A stretch of DNA of 64,000 bases from Perna viridis. Lineage: Eukaryota. The translations under genes and the position numbers were made by a program. How positions within the stretch are numbered: the stretch's first letter is position 1; each line of letters starts with the position of its first letter. The stretch is taken from positions 6,324,001 through 6,388,000 of the forward strand of contig CM074512.1 of assembly GCA_037379345.1 (NCBI GenBank), given 5' to 3'. This document shows, piece by piece, positions 37,801 through 48,949 of the stretch. Below the pieces are notes generated by a model, which searched no databases, was not told the origin of the DNA, and saw nothing but the letters and a program-made list of their open reading frames with translations.

Positions 37801-40800
37801 CGTTGACAGAGATGGTCCTTGGGTTTGATCTTAGTTGTCTTAGATCCATTTTACCAGAGGCTGTGAGATGGACAGTAGCACTACCATCAACACTTATGTT
37901 CAGTGGGAATCCAGTCATTGTTGGTATTATCACGCTGGTGTCCAGAAACATAATGTTCTGGGTCATGGAATAATCTTGTTCTTTCGCAAGGTTGATAATG
38001 AAGTCTAAAATGTTGAAGTTCTTTCCCTCCAATAAGGTTTTAACATCATCAGAGTTGATGTACTGTAGTTCATTTCCAAAGATTCTTAGATACATGCTTC
38101 CTCTCAAATCCTCCATCGTTTTACCGTACTGGAAGACAATATACGAATTAGTTGTATGCTTTTCTACATAGAGTTTACAGGAAATTCACATTACAACAAA
38201 CTTAGATATAAAGAATTCACAATGTGCAAGTTTTCAATCAACTTGAATACATACTTATGTAGTTCTTTTGAGTACTTTAAGTAAAAAAAAACTATAAGGA
38301 CGTCTTTGTTTTGTCTTGATAAATACATAATTAGCTAATGTGTTATTATTAATATATTATATTCATTATTTAATACCTGTTCATTCAGTTTATTCATGGC
38401 CTGGTTACTTATACCCTTTACGTTCTGCTTTGTAGCTTCTTTGGCTTTTCCGAAGTATCCCTCTGGGCCAAAATAGGACTCAAGGAAGTACTCTAGTCCT
38501 TCAACTCGTCCTCCAAGCTCAAAAAGGTTTACTGATTGTCCAAATAAGTCAAAAGTGACGTTGGTGGTAACTGATCGTGGTAGGAAGGATTTGGATGACC
38601 AGATAAGGTTACTTTCAATAGAAGCACCGGTGTTGATCTTATCTAGGAAAAATGATGCCTCATAGTTTCTGGAATATTTTAGCTTTTCTAAGTTGAATTC
38701 TTTCTTCAGAATCTTGTTTGTCAGTATTCTTTTGATATTTTGTTTCAGAGGACTTGAAGTCTCCATAAGATTTCTCAGGTGTGTCCAGACAAATGACCCG
38801 ACTTGGTTGACATCTTCTGACTCCAGTGTTGTCTGTATGCGTTTGAGTATTGAAGTTGAAGGACATTTCATCAAACTTAGGTAGGCCGCAATTCTCAGTT
38901 CAGAATCTTCGTCGCGGTTTGTGTAAAGCGACATTAAGTCATTTCTCTGGAACAAAAATGTTTCCTACTTACAAGAGTATAAATAAGTGTATGACGTTAT
39001 TGAAAACAATCCTCACCAGTCTCTTACACAAAGAAAACAAGCCTGACCGTAGCCTCCATTTAGTAAAGGTAAGCACTTACCTCACCAGAATAACGATCAT
39101 GTATTTTTATTATCATTGATGTTATTTATATTTATTTGAGCTTAATGATATTCCATCACAGTTACTTATTTTAATAAATAATTGTCCGGTTAATTACAAG
39201 GTATAAAAATATAAAGAAATCTTAAGTTGAACCTATCTATCGATACTGATTGCATTTTATTAAATTGAGTTAGTTTTGATGGATATTTGCATATGTCTTT
39301 TTTTGTTCGAATAATAATGCCATCTCTGTAATGAAAATATAAAAATGGGAAGATTTCAAGGCTCGTAAAGCTGGCCCATCATTATATTCCTGAAATACTT
39401 AGCGTATCACATTTGCCTGAAATCTTGAACCAATAAAACAAGAATAAAATAAAAACTCGTGACTTGCTTCATTCGACAATTCTCCTAACATAAACACATA
39501 AGTCTACCTTCAATAATCTAATATATTTTATCAATTTCGAGATTCCTGATTATTCTTTTTTCGCTGAAAAAAAAACATGCATATTAAATAAGAATGATCT
39601 ACCCCCCCCCCCAACCATTAAAATAGAAAAAAATGGATAACCGGACAAGAGGAAGAAACAAATAGTCCTGTAAAATATATTGTAAATGATACATACACTT
39701 TCGTCACATGGCATACGTCTGAAAGCTTGAGCTGCAGTAAGCCGCACTTCAGTAGGGTTTTCCTTCTTGGTCAAACAACTGCTGATTACAGGGATAGTAG
39801 AGACAAATCCGGTGTTACCAAAGGCGCGTAGAGTTTGGATTACCTGTTAAAGAATCATTCTATTGCAGATTTTGTAGCACTTGCTTATTGACAATGAGCG
39901 AAATTTAATTATTGTTTAGTTCAAAATTCAGTTCACGTGTGTATCACATGTTTATACAATACGCTACGAAAAACACAGAATAGAAAAAAAATGCATAGTC
40001 TTGTTGTTTAATTGTTTTAGACAAGGATAACTTATCTTATCCACTGCTTAATGACTTAATGACATACATTGTTGACATTGTTCTCATCCACATAGCAACC
40101 AACAGCAATTTTGTCCTCCAAGCTGGAAATAAGGTTGATCATGTCAAGGTCGTTCGTACACTGTGATGTCTTACAGTAGGTGTTTACCAAAGAGGAAACA
40201 GCTAGTATGGCTTGACCATTCTTAGTGTTAGTCATCAGAGGCTGACATAAAAAAAAAAACATTGAAATATGACATAATGATAGCGTTATACAGTATATGT
40301 TATAATGAAAATAAATCGTTGTGCTTTCTTAAACTATTTGTTTTGTCTATTTCATTAAAAGCAGCGATTATTTGAATAACAACGTTTTTTGTTTTGCTTT
40401 TTTTTTACTTTTTTTCAAGACTGCTAGACATAAAATATAGTGTACCTTGAGCTCCATCAGCATATCTTTAGTTGGATTTTGGATGAAAGCTAGGCTAGTG
40501 AGCCACATGTCTGCTTCGTTTCCGGTAACCTCATTGCTATTGATTAGATTTGTAAGCATTCTCAAAGACGCTTGGGTACCAACCATAGGAATGGCATCAA
40601 GGAAATATTTCCTTAAAAATAAAGTAACCTGTCATTTAAAAGGTGATATTGTAAAGAAGCATTCAACAAAACACAATTTATGTAAACCTTAAAAAAAAAC
40701 AATTAATTATATTCGGTAAGGTAAGTGTATTTCTGATAACAATGTTACTTACTCGATATTTTTGTTGTCTGCACACACATTTCCAGAGTGGACCTTTTTA

Positions 40801-43800
40801 TGTACTTTGTCCATTGCATTAGTACTTAAAAGCTTCATCGATTTGACCAGACTAGAAAACTGTGAAGCCGTTGAAATTTGTACGTGGTCTTTGGATGACT
40901 GACAAATCTCCTGGAGTTTACTGATTACCTCTTTCTGTGCACTTTCTGAATTGGTGTTGTCAAAGGTGTGCTCAAAAGCCAGAGATGTTCTCCTGGACAC
41001 AGACGCTGCAAGATTATTGTTTCTCAAATTGTATTCTTGTATTAATTATATGAGGGAGTTAAAATTAAAGTAATTTGGTCATTTATGGAAGATTTCAATC
41101 TCAGGAAAAAGTTTAAGATTGCTTCGAAAATGTTTATAGAAAAATTCCACATACACTGAAGGGCATTATGAAACAAAAAGAGAGTAACATTGAAGCCATT
41201 AAAGACAGAACAAGATTACCTCCAGATGGACTTGTCTTGTGTTCACTGACGTACTTCAGAGTTTGTTTTGTGTCAGTTACAGCCCCGCTGGACTCTCGTG
41301 AAAATGGCCTTAAAACGTGTTGTTCATCACAATCGCTACTCTGAAGGATACCAGATTTGCTGATTCCCTGCTGGCATACGTGGGTACTCTTCACCAACGG
41401 TAAAGACTGTATCTCCTGTATACAAAAAATATTTTTGGTTTACTGCCAAAGAGTTAATGTTGGTGATGCCCAATACCAAGAAAGTAATTTAAAAAGAAAA
41501 GAAATTATTTTTGTCATCAATGTCTGCTATACACCTGGGTACTAGTACATGTATCTACTAGCAGATCTGAAATGAATCTGATATATTGTTTTTAAACCAA
41601 ATTGGTGGTTATACAATCGTTCAGCAGATTAAAAGTTCACATTAATTTAGTATTTGAATTTGTTGTAACTAACAAATAACGGAATGATAAGAGTTAGGTG
41701 CAAGACTTACAGAGGGGACTCTATATGGTGTTCCTTGCATGGCAGTTATGTGACCATGGCGATCAATACATCCCATCATGTTCTTGGTCTTTTTTATTGT
41801 CATCGTGTACCATCCATTAGATTCGACAGAATAATCAACTCCACAGCTTCCTGTTACATCCACCTTGAAATTAATTGCCAAATTTTAAAATATTCCCCTT
41901 TTTTCGGCTGCGTTTTATAATGAAGTAAAGACTTGTGATCGATAAGACAAGCTCCATAATAATCATTCACAAATAAAACAAAAAAATAAGGAACGGGCTA
42001 TTATTCAAATAGGAATACCTACAACTAGCATTTAACTGTGTATATGGTCTTTTATACCATTCACTGCAACTCTGTACAAATGTTATTAAGCATACCATGA
42101 TGTATGGTTAATTTAACGTACCTCTTGAGTTTTCTTTTCCTGACTGAAGTCGTCCATCGAGTTTTGAAATGCAGAAATAATCGACCGTTTGATGTTCAAA
42201 GCCCAAGTTTGTTCCTCGTCAGATGGGCAGATTTCTTCAATGAGACCATCTTGGAAAGAGAACATCAAAGAATGTTTCTCGAGGCTCTGTCTGAATTTTT
42301 CTGTGACGTCAGCGTTTCTTATTGACTTTGGTAATTTTGGGTCAGTTTCGGTCAAGACCACATCAGATACCTAAAGCATGCATGGTAAAATAAAAATAAA
42401 CAAACTGTGAATGTATCTGGTTTCAACCCAGAAATGTATTGTCAGGATGTTTTATTATTTGCCTATACAGGTACAAATTTTAACTGGTTTCATGATTACA
42501 TGCATTTGAATAGTTCTCACAACTTTAAATTAACGAACTTCGAAACATAATATCATGAACAAAGCAAACGAACAATATAATCGTCATATTACTATGTTAT
42601 ATGTTGGTAAATATGCGCCTTAAAGTGAAGATTTTATGCTTTTTACTAGAAAAGGTGATTACTGTTGTCCTATTTATACAGTTTAACATTCAAGACTTTG
42701 TTAAATGATAAATTTATTATACTTGTCATATTTCCCTAATATCAGTCGATTTAGTGACTGAATGCACGATGAGGGAACCTGCTTAGGATATACATGCATG
42801 CAGTTTATAAAGATGCCAAGTACGATGACATAGTTTTTATTATTCTCTTACCCGCAATACAATATCACACTTAGATAGAACCTCGATATGAACTTTTGCA
42901 GCCATGTTGATTTCTGCTTTGTCTTCAGCGGATCCGTGAATTGAAGTCGATACCTTCGATGTGTAGTCATAGTCGTATGTTTTTCCAGTTTCGTATCCAA
43001 ATTTCGTTGAAGCTGAAAATCAAAGTCAAAACACATTTTTGAATCAATTTATCACAGTGGAAGTGTCGCAGTTTCTCCGTCAGATTTATTCGTGTGTGTA
43101 AGCTCGAATAAAGAGTTATTTCGTATCTCTCTTAGTTGTTTAAAGCGCCATGTGAAAGACTTGTTTTTCCTTGATCGGAAATCGAGTTATAATTGCATAT
43201 CATTCATGTAAAAAAGTGGGGTATCCAGATCTTATTCCATTTCATTGACATTAAGAATTATACAGATGAGCTCAAGTACCCCTCTTTAATCGAGAATTTC
43301 CTCACCTGTACATTGTCGAGAACATGTATCTGTTTTCGGTAAAGTAGCTAAAAAGAAAGTAATAAGAAATATAGATTTGGTTAACACGCAGTGTCTATGA
43401 CAAACGGCGATACATTGTTTCAAAATATTCCAATGACATTAAAAATCAAAGTACGGTTGTACTGCAAACCTTTATTTGGAATCATTTTGCTAGCCAAAGT
43501 ACATGGAAAGAAATGAATTAATAAATTGATGTACACTTAAGTCAAATAAATATAAACAGAATCGTGATCATTTATTTCGAGAAATATACAGATTCTTTTT
43601 GGGTGTATTGTGGTTTTAATCCCATACCATTTGTTTGTTCTAAACAATTTGCCAATATCATGTTCCTCTTGTGAACCAAACGAAAGTACCACTACCTCTA
43701 GTAAGTAATGTAGTTATCCAGGCTATCAATTTTCAATTTCATATACATGGTATCAAAACTTCATATGAAAAAAGAAATTATATGAGCCTTAATATTTATA

Positions 43801-43971
43801 TATTTTTTGTCTTTCACAATTGATAAATAAATGATAGACTGCTCCTTTAAACATTAAAAAAAATCGAAGAAAACAAAACAGAACAAAAACATGCAAATGT
43901 ATACAAAAAATAGACTTACCTGCATGGCTGAGTACCACTAGGGCGCATATAGCAATAACTGTTTGACCCAT
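15794..43971 (-). CDS. apoLp: Apolipophorin/apoB-like large lipid transfer protein, complete copy A, 30 exons, ~5,512 aa
   Basis: Exons (minus strand): 43920-43971, 43306-43347, 42852-43012, 42122-42370, 41711-41863, 41220-41415, 40753-41005, 40446-40611, 40068-40241, 39697-39843, 38377-38946, 37785-38128, 37439-37621, 36902-37163, 36111-36258, 35690-35938, 35074-35331, 34248-34482, 33640-33856, 23084-33409, 22488-22823, 22098-22263, 21628-21812, 20274-20524, 19124-19226, 18866-18986, 18284-18453, 17701-18031, 16625-16824, 15794-16084. All are GT-AG with matching phases and sum to 16,539 nt. LLTP motifs: signal peptide MGQTVIAICALVVLSHA, FGYETGKTYDYDY, LNIKRSIISAFQ, EVDVTGSC, EDSELRIAAYL, NQVGSFVWTHL, YSRNYE, SFLPRS, YLRIFGNEL, PTMTGFPL, PYFPLTGP. 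C-terminal VWD with YTTFDG and TAGLLG. Confidence 0.93.
16181..16256 (+). repeat. 24-bp minisatellite x3 in intron 29
   Basis: AACATGGATAACGAGCAAGTAACG-like units. Confidence 0.75.
16862..17485 (+). mobile_element. Two tandem Penelope-like (family 1) 3' fragments in intron 28
   Basis: LEQGSVATRLKSSLQKFYGRYRELVDRY (RT C-terminus) plus 3' UTR at 16862-17210; second 3' UTR copy at ~17288-17485. Confidence 0.75.
21000..21550 (+). mobile_element. Penelope-like (family 1) RT C-terminus plus 3' UTR in intron 23
   Basis: Decayed YDKRD..IVNF.FICGSIPSAPAY..YISQLICYARAC, similar to 56330-56840. Confidence 0.75.
23084..33409 (-). CDS. Giant exon 20 (10,326 nt, 3,442 aa): amphipathic beta-strand repeat region of the LLTP
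   Basis: ORF 23063..33400. Acceptor gacag|GGT at 33409 and donor CAG|gtatat at 23084, both phase 0. Alternating hydrophobic/polar residues with about 30 [TS]P[FYW] turn motifs. Confidence 0.95.
26340..27430 (-). repeat. Coding tandem repeat, 243-bp (81-aa) unit, 4-5 well-conserved copies
   Basis: The ttccactgta-like anchor recurs at 26365, 26611, 26854, 27097 and 27340. Protein unit ...KTPVSDDVIIHFSHEGKLRNFKSCLKITYSGKLQHDASLKFNHDG... Confidence 0.92.
36284..36662 (-). mobile_element. Same retroposon in intron 14 of copy A, with two internal deletions (379 bp)
   Basis: Same TSD at 36270-36283 and 36663-36676; lacks 122-bp and 20-bp segments. Confidence 0.85.
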
Positions 43972-44026
43972 ATTGGGCTATTTGTGTGGGTTTCTGTATT
44001 CTGGAAGTACTGTGTAAGGACTGGTC

Positions 44027-44200
44027 TTTTATAGTCGATTAAAGATAACGGGTTGCTGACACAGTTTGGACAAAGGGATAAATTTCGCGATAATATACCT
44101 ATTATTACTTATTATCCATGTATTGTAAAGTTCATATCAAAAGTTATCTATCCAATATTTCATAATCAGCAAAATTAATGCTCAAATATTGAGATGATAA
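44027..44200 (-). promoter_or_regulatory. Proximal promoter of copy A: TATA box plus GATA cluster
   Basis: TATAAAA at 44027-44033 (minus), ~56-62 nt upstream of the ATG. Six GATAA/TTATC motifs at 44044, 44077, 44089, 44112, 44144 and 44196. Confidence 0.65.
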
Positions 44201-44849
44201 TCATTTCACAATCAGTGCAAGTTTTACTTTAATAATATATTATAATGTATTGATATGTATACATAAACATATTGGAAAAGTTTACGTATATTGTATGCCC
44301 AATTTAAACAAAATGTATATATTTTGTACTGTTTGTTTTATCGTTCTTTGAAATCCATTGGAATCCACATATGAATAGAATGTTGTCTCAATAGTATACT
44401 GACAACGCTAATCGAGTAAAGGTCGTCTCTTTTTAAAGTATGAAGAGTTTTCAGTAACATAAAGCTTCTTGTTTTTTTTTTATAAGATTCATTCTAAAAC
44501 ATTCCATGAAGACAAAATAGAGGATTATTAGGAAGTAAACCATCTCGACCTAAAAGGGTATTTATACTGGTGAAACCATCCTTTATTTAAGCAATACAGT
44601 TTTTTTATTTTTCAAATTTCTGTACTACCATTATATATCTATATTTAAACGTCATCTGGATATTCACGATAATTTTCCAATATTTAAATCTAATAAATGA
44701 CATTTCTAGTATAGCAGTTAGTATTCAAAGCTGTCAAGTTGTAAGTAAGCAACTTTGCACTACATTTTTAGAACAGATTTTGTATGGACTATAGAGTTTC
44801 AGATATACAATATGAAGGAGGGTATACAAAAAAACGGAAGATAATACTA

Positions 44850-46020
44850 AGTTGAAATGGTATAAGGAGAATATGTATCTGGATGAAATGTTAGCCCAAG
44901 GCCATCCATTGGTCTTCAATGAACGACGAGGAAACCTTCACACCACAGTGCAGGCTACAACTGGCCCCAAAACATCATTATACACAGGTACAGCGAAAAA
45001 GTTGCCCCTATATACTCAAGAAACTAAAGGTGATCGAAATAAAACATACAGAGGCCAGAAATTCGTGACTGGGATAGGCGCAATAAATGCGGCGGGGTTA
45101 AAGTACTTTGGCGTGAGCATAACCCTTTCCTTTTACAATCTGGCCACTGCGGAAAAAAATTTCACAATTAAACACACCTAGAAATCAGTCTAACAAGATC
45201 TGAGTCCCTTGTTAAAACGGAAGTAAAGAAATTGATTATAAATAACACTTAAGTGTACAAACTAAGGACTACTAGCAGTTAACTGATATGCCAGCTCCAG
45301 ACCAGTTTAATCCTACAAAAGTTAAGTCCCTTCGTATGTAAATTCAATCCCAATTCTTCCCATGCGGGGTTCATACAATAAGGACACAACCCATGTCTTG
45401 ACAAAAACGCCTTTTAAATATATAGTGTTTTAATTTCTATGTAAAGACCCTATGAGAAAATCAATGGGTCTACCAAAAAATGCCATCCTTAACGATTAGA
45501 CAACAATATCATAACTATATTCCTTACGAATGAACCTATTTAACGGTTTAGTTAATTTATAGGGTGTGTATCGAGCATTCCGTGCTTTACATAGAATATT
45601 ACCGTAAAACAAAGAGTGGGAGATATCCGCACGTACTAATCCTTTACAAGTAAATCTGAATTTGAGAATGAGTTCCTTGTTTCGTTAAAAAAAAATTGTG
45701 AATATTTTTACGAGCGTGTGATATCGAAAACCTTGATGTAGCAATTTATCGGTTATATAAAGATTCCTTTCGTTAAAATCAGAAACATTCTTACAAATGC
45801 GAGCAAATCGAACACATTGATTGTTACAAGGGGATGTCACCTAAAAACGGATAGTTAACAATAGGGAAAGAAAAGTCATCCCTTTTATCGTAAATTTTAG
45901 TATTAAGTTTACCATTATCGATATGACTACTAAGATGAAGAAACGGATATTCTTTTTATTATCAATATTAGCTTTATTCAAAGACAGTTCTACAGGATAT
46001 TTAATTTTTACTTTCGAAAA
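44850..46020 (-). mobile_element. Penelope-like element (family 2), decayed RT C-terminus plus 3' region
   Basis: Minus strand reads YPVELSLNKAN...IDNGKLNTKIYDKRDDFSFPIVNYPFL...VRFARICKNVSDFNERNLYITDKLLHQGFRYH. Second copy at 59860-60439 plus 63671-64000. Confidence 0.75.
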
Positions 46021-46289
46021 TGTTTCACGTACGTCAAAACATCACACAGACCGAAGGGCCAATAAGATGATTATTTCTCTAGTATAAGTACTAATACTGG
46101 AATAGGCATTTAAAAATGCATATATTGCACTAAAGTAGGTATAAAATTGTCTTTAAGTTAGATTAAATATTTAGTCTTTCGTGCAAACTTTCCCGGCACG
46201 TGCCAGCAATCCCGTGAGTAACAGGCCATGTCTGAATAAACTGAGTAAATCGAATCACTGATATTTGAAAAAAGAATCATATACATCAA

Positions 46290-47205
46290 ATAGTTGACCA
46301 TTCTAATAATTATAATTATTTAATAACAAGGAAACAATGTATTGGAGAGTTTTGATATGTATATCATAGTAGACTCCACATATTTTCTGGAATCAATTTT
46401 CACGATGTCTTTTGCGTTGATTTTGTTTGCAACTCTGGTAAATTCGCACTTCGACGGGCTTCACCACATTTTGATTGCACAACATTTTGGAGGTCTTACA
46501 ATTAGATAAATTCTTTATGCTCAGCATATATTTAAAACAAGCTTTGATGTAAAAAGTGTGTCTCTTAGAGTGAACAAATAGTTTGTAGATTCCTGTTGCA
46601 AACAACGATCGTTTCAAGTCTACACAATGGACTCTAACAATGCTGTGCAAATGATGTCGACTTAAGTACTTTGGTTTTCTTTTTTCCAACCATTCCCCAA
46701 GCTTCGAGTATCGTACTGTAGTTGCTTAGTTTTCATTTTTGTTCTTTACTGAGACAAAGGCCACGCACACATAACGAATTCATCTATAGTACTTACTTCA
46801 GTCCGTAAGATACAAATTGATGTCATTGTATTTATGGTATGAATTTGTCGCATATAGCAAATGGTTGGAAAATTCTTTTGTACAGATTTTAACAAAAATG
46901 GTGATTTTTGGTAAAAATTTGTACTAATAGAATCCTCCAACCATTTGCTGTATGCGACACTTGTGTAATAAATTTCAAAATTTAAAACATATGGAATAAA
47001 GCCTGAACTTTCTCTCTCGGACATTCTCCCGTCGAAACACTGATGAATTTAAAAAAGCATTTGAAAATTGCTGTAAATTGTTTAGAAAATCTAGGATAAT
47101 CAATTGATAATCATGAATAACCAAAATATTATAACTCATACCAAAAACCTCGTTAAATCTAGGCGTTCTTCGGCACTTGTAATCATATTTTGGTTATTCA
47201 CTCTT
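46290..47205 (-). mobile_element. Possible Crypton-like decayed element
   Basis: Broken reading IDEFV...KNKNEN*ATTVRYS resembles a Crypton N-terminal region. Inverted repeat TGAATAACCAAAATAT / ATATTTTGGTTATTCA at ~47114-47200. Weak, recalled pattern only. Confidence 0.3.
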
Positions 47206-47592
47206 TTCAATTAACTTTTGGAGGAACCACGAGCCTGACAGGAAAAACAGACTAAAGACATTTTTTTCGTTACCTTAACATTGTTCATATGTATTCAAAT
47301 TTTAAGAAAATGGTATTTCTTCAAGTTAAAAATCGTGTTAACATCTCATACTGTAAAAGCGAAAAAAGCGATTTCAAATTACATGAAACCTTTAATGAAT
47401 ACATTATCTACAATAGTCTCTAAAAGTTTCAAAACTGAATGAAAACCAAGGTACCGGCTGTCCACATAGCTGATTTTAAATCAGAACGAGGGAAGTTGAG
47501 AAAAGCGTATATCAAACTTTCTCCAACAGATAAGAATTTAGTGGGTTTTTTTCAAACTGCTTAAATACATGTGAGTAAATTTTCAAGGTTTT

Positions 47593-47682
47593 CATATTTT
47601 ACAACATTTCCCTGGTCTCCATATTTTACAATATTTCCCTGGGCTCCATATTTTACAGCATTTCTCTGGGCTTCATATTTTA
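47593..47682 (+). repeat. 27-bp minisatellite x3.3
   Basis: CATATTTTACAACATTTCCCTGGTCTC-like units at 47593, 47620, 47647, 47674. Confidence 0.85.
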
Positions 47683-48949
47683 GTTTTAAATTAAAAAATA
47701 AAACATAAAACAGAACTTCAGAGTTAAACAGGTTCTCCCTTCCAAATACTATGCTAAGTTACATTAGTGTAGCCAAACCAAGCGGAACACAACAGGAGAC
47801 CAGTTTACTTCAAAATCAGACAAAGATGTGCAAATCGAAATTTTTGTCCATCTCCTACCATTAAATAGAAAAAGTGTCAAAAATATGGTGGTTTTATTGT
47901 ATTTCTTAAAAATGTGTTGTTTGAAAATATTCAAGTATTGAAAAGTTCCATCTGATAATGCTCTATGGTTTGTCGCGAAAATATATTGGTTATGATCCTA
48001 TTTTATTTGGTTCAATTTATATTTCGCCTGAAAATAGTGAATATTGTGATATTTTTTATGTGATATAAGAAGATATCGTGAAGCGCATTACAGAGAAGGG
48101 CTATAAAGGCTGCCTTTTTGGAGACTTCATTGCTTGAGCTGGTCCTAAAGAAGACTGTAAATTTAGATGATTATTTTGTAATGCTATTCAATTAGATGAT
48201 ATCAAATCTTGGTAGGTTATGTGTTGATTGTAATCGTTACAACTACGATATTTTTATCAATAATTATGGTAATCGTTTACTACATTTGTGTAAAGACTTA
48301 AATTTGTTGATAACTAATAGTAAAGTTGGTCAAGATTAGCAAAAATGGACATTCACATGTAAAGAATCACCCAGTATTGATTGCTGTATTTTATCATCTT
48401 TTTAACTAGTGTCAATTATTTTGTAATTCATTATGTAATGATGATAAAATCACTTTTTCCTAAAAAAACTGAGTAGTAACATAATTGCTATGTAAAACAA
48501 GGGAATATAAGATATTACATATGTAAACAAATTAAAATGGAAAAATGAAAATTGTCTACAAAGTGAAATAGCTTAAACTCTAACCGGTGATACCCATATG
48601 AAGAAGGGATTTTCCAAGAAAAAAGTTATGAACGTTTCAGGGCATGAAATAGAAATTTAAGATATTTTGCGGGAAATTTGATATTTTTAAACCTTTAAAA
48701 AACTTTATTCGCAAATTTTTGCATATTTTTGCATGGTTTCTATGGTAACCTTATTTGTTGTGGTTAAATGTTTTCCAGAAAATTTTAACTGCATTGGCTT
48801 GAGCTATTTCTAGATACATGTATATAGATTTACAGATGCTTGACAATTTTTTTTAAAGTGATGAATGTTACAAAGCGTCAGATTACAAGACCAAAATTAG
48901 GCAGTTCTACCATACTGTGGAGTGCTGGCTTAAAAATGTTGAAACTGAA

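Larger units (their letters stand above)
33963..44585 (+). repeat. Segmental duplication, right copy (homologous to 1-10748)
   Basis: Same alignment; duplicated ORF pairs run throughout the ORF track. Confidence 0.97.

Noticed and set aside
15794-43971. Calling the gene vitellogenin
   Set aside because: GLLG rather than GLCG in the VWD, no polyserine tract, a DUF1081-like PYFPLTGP segment and a very long beta region fit the apolipophorin/apoB branch better. A phylogeny would settle it.
44852-45181. Similar + strand ORFs at 44852 and 59900 as a small gene family
   Set aside because: Both are antisense readings of the 3' region of the same Penelope-like repeat.
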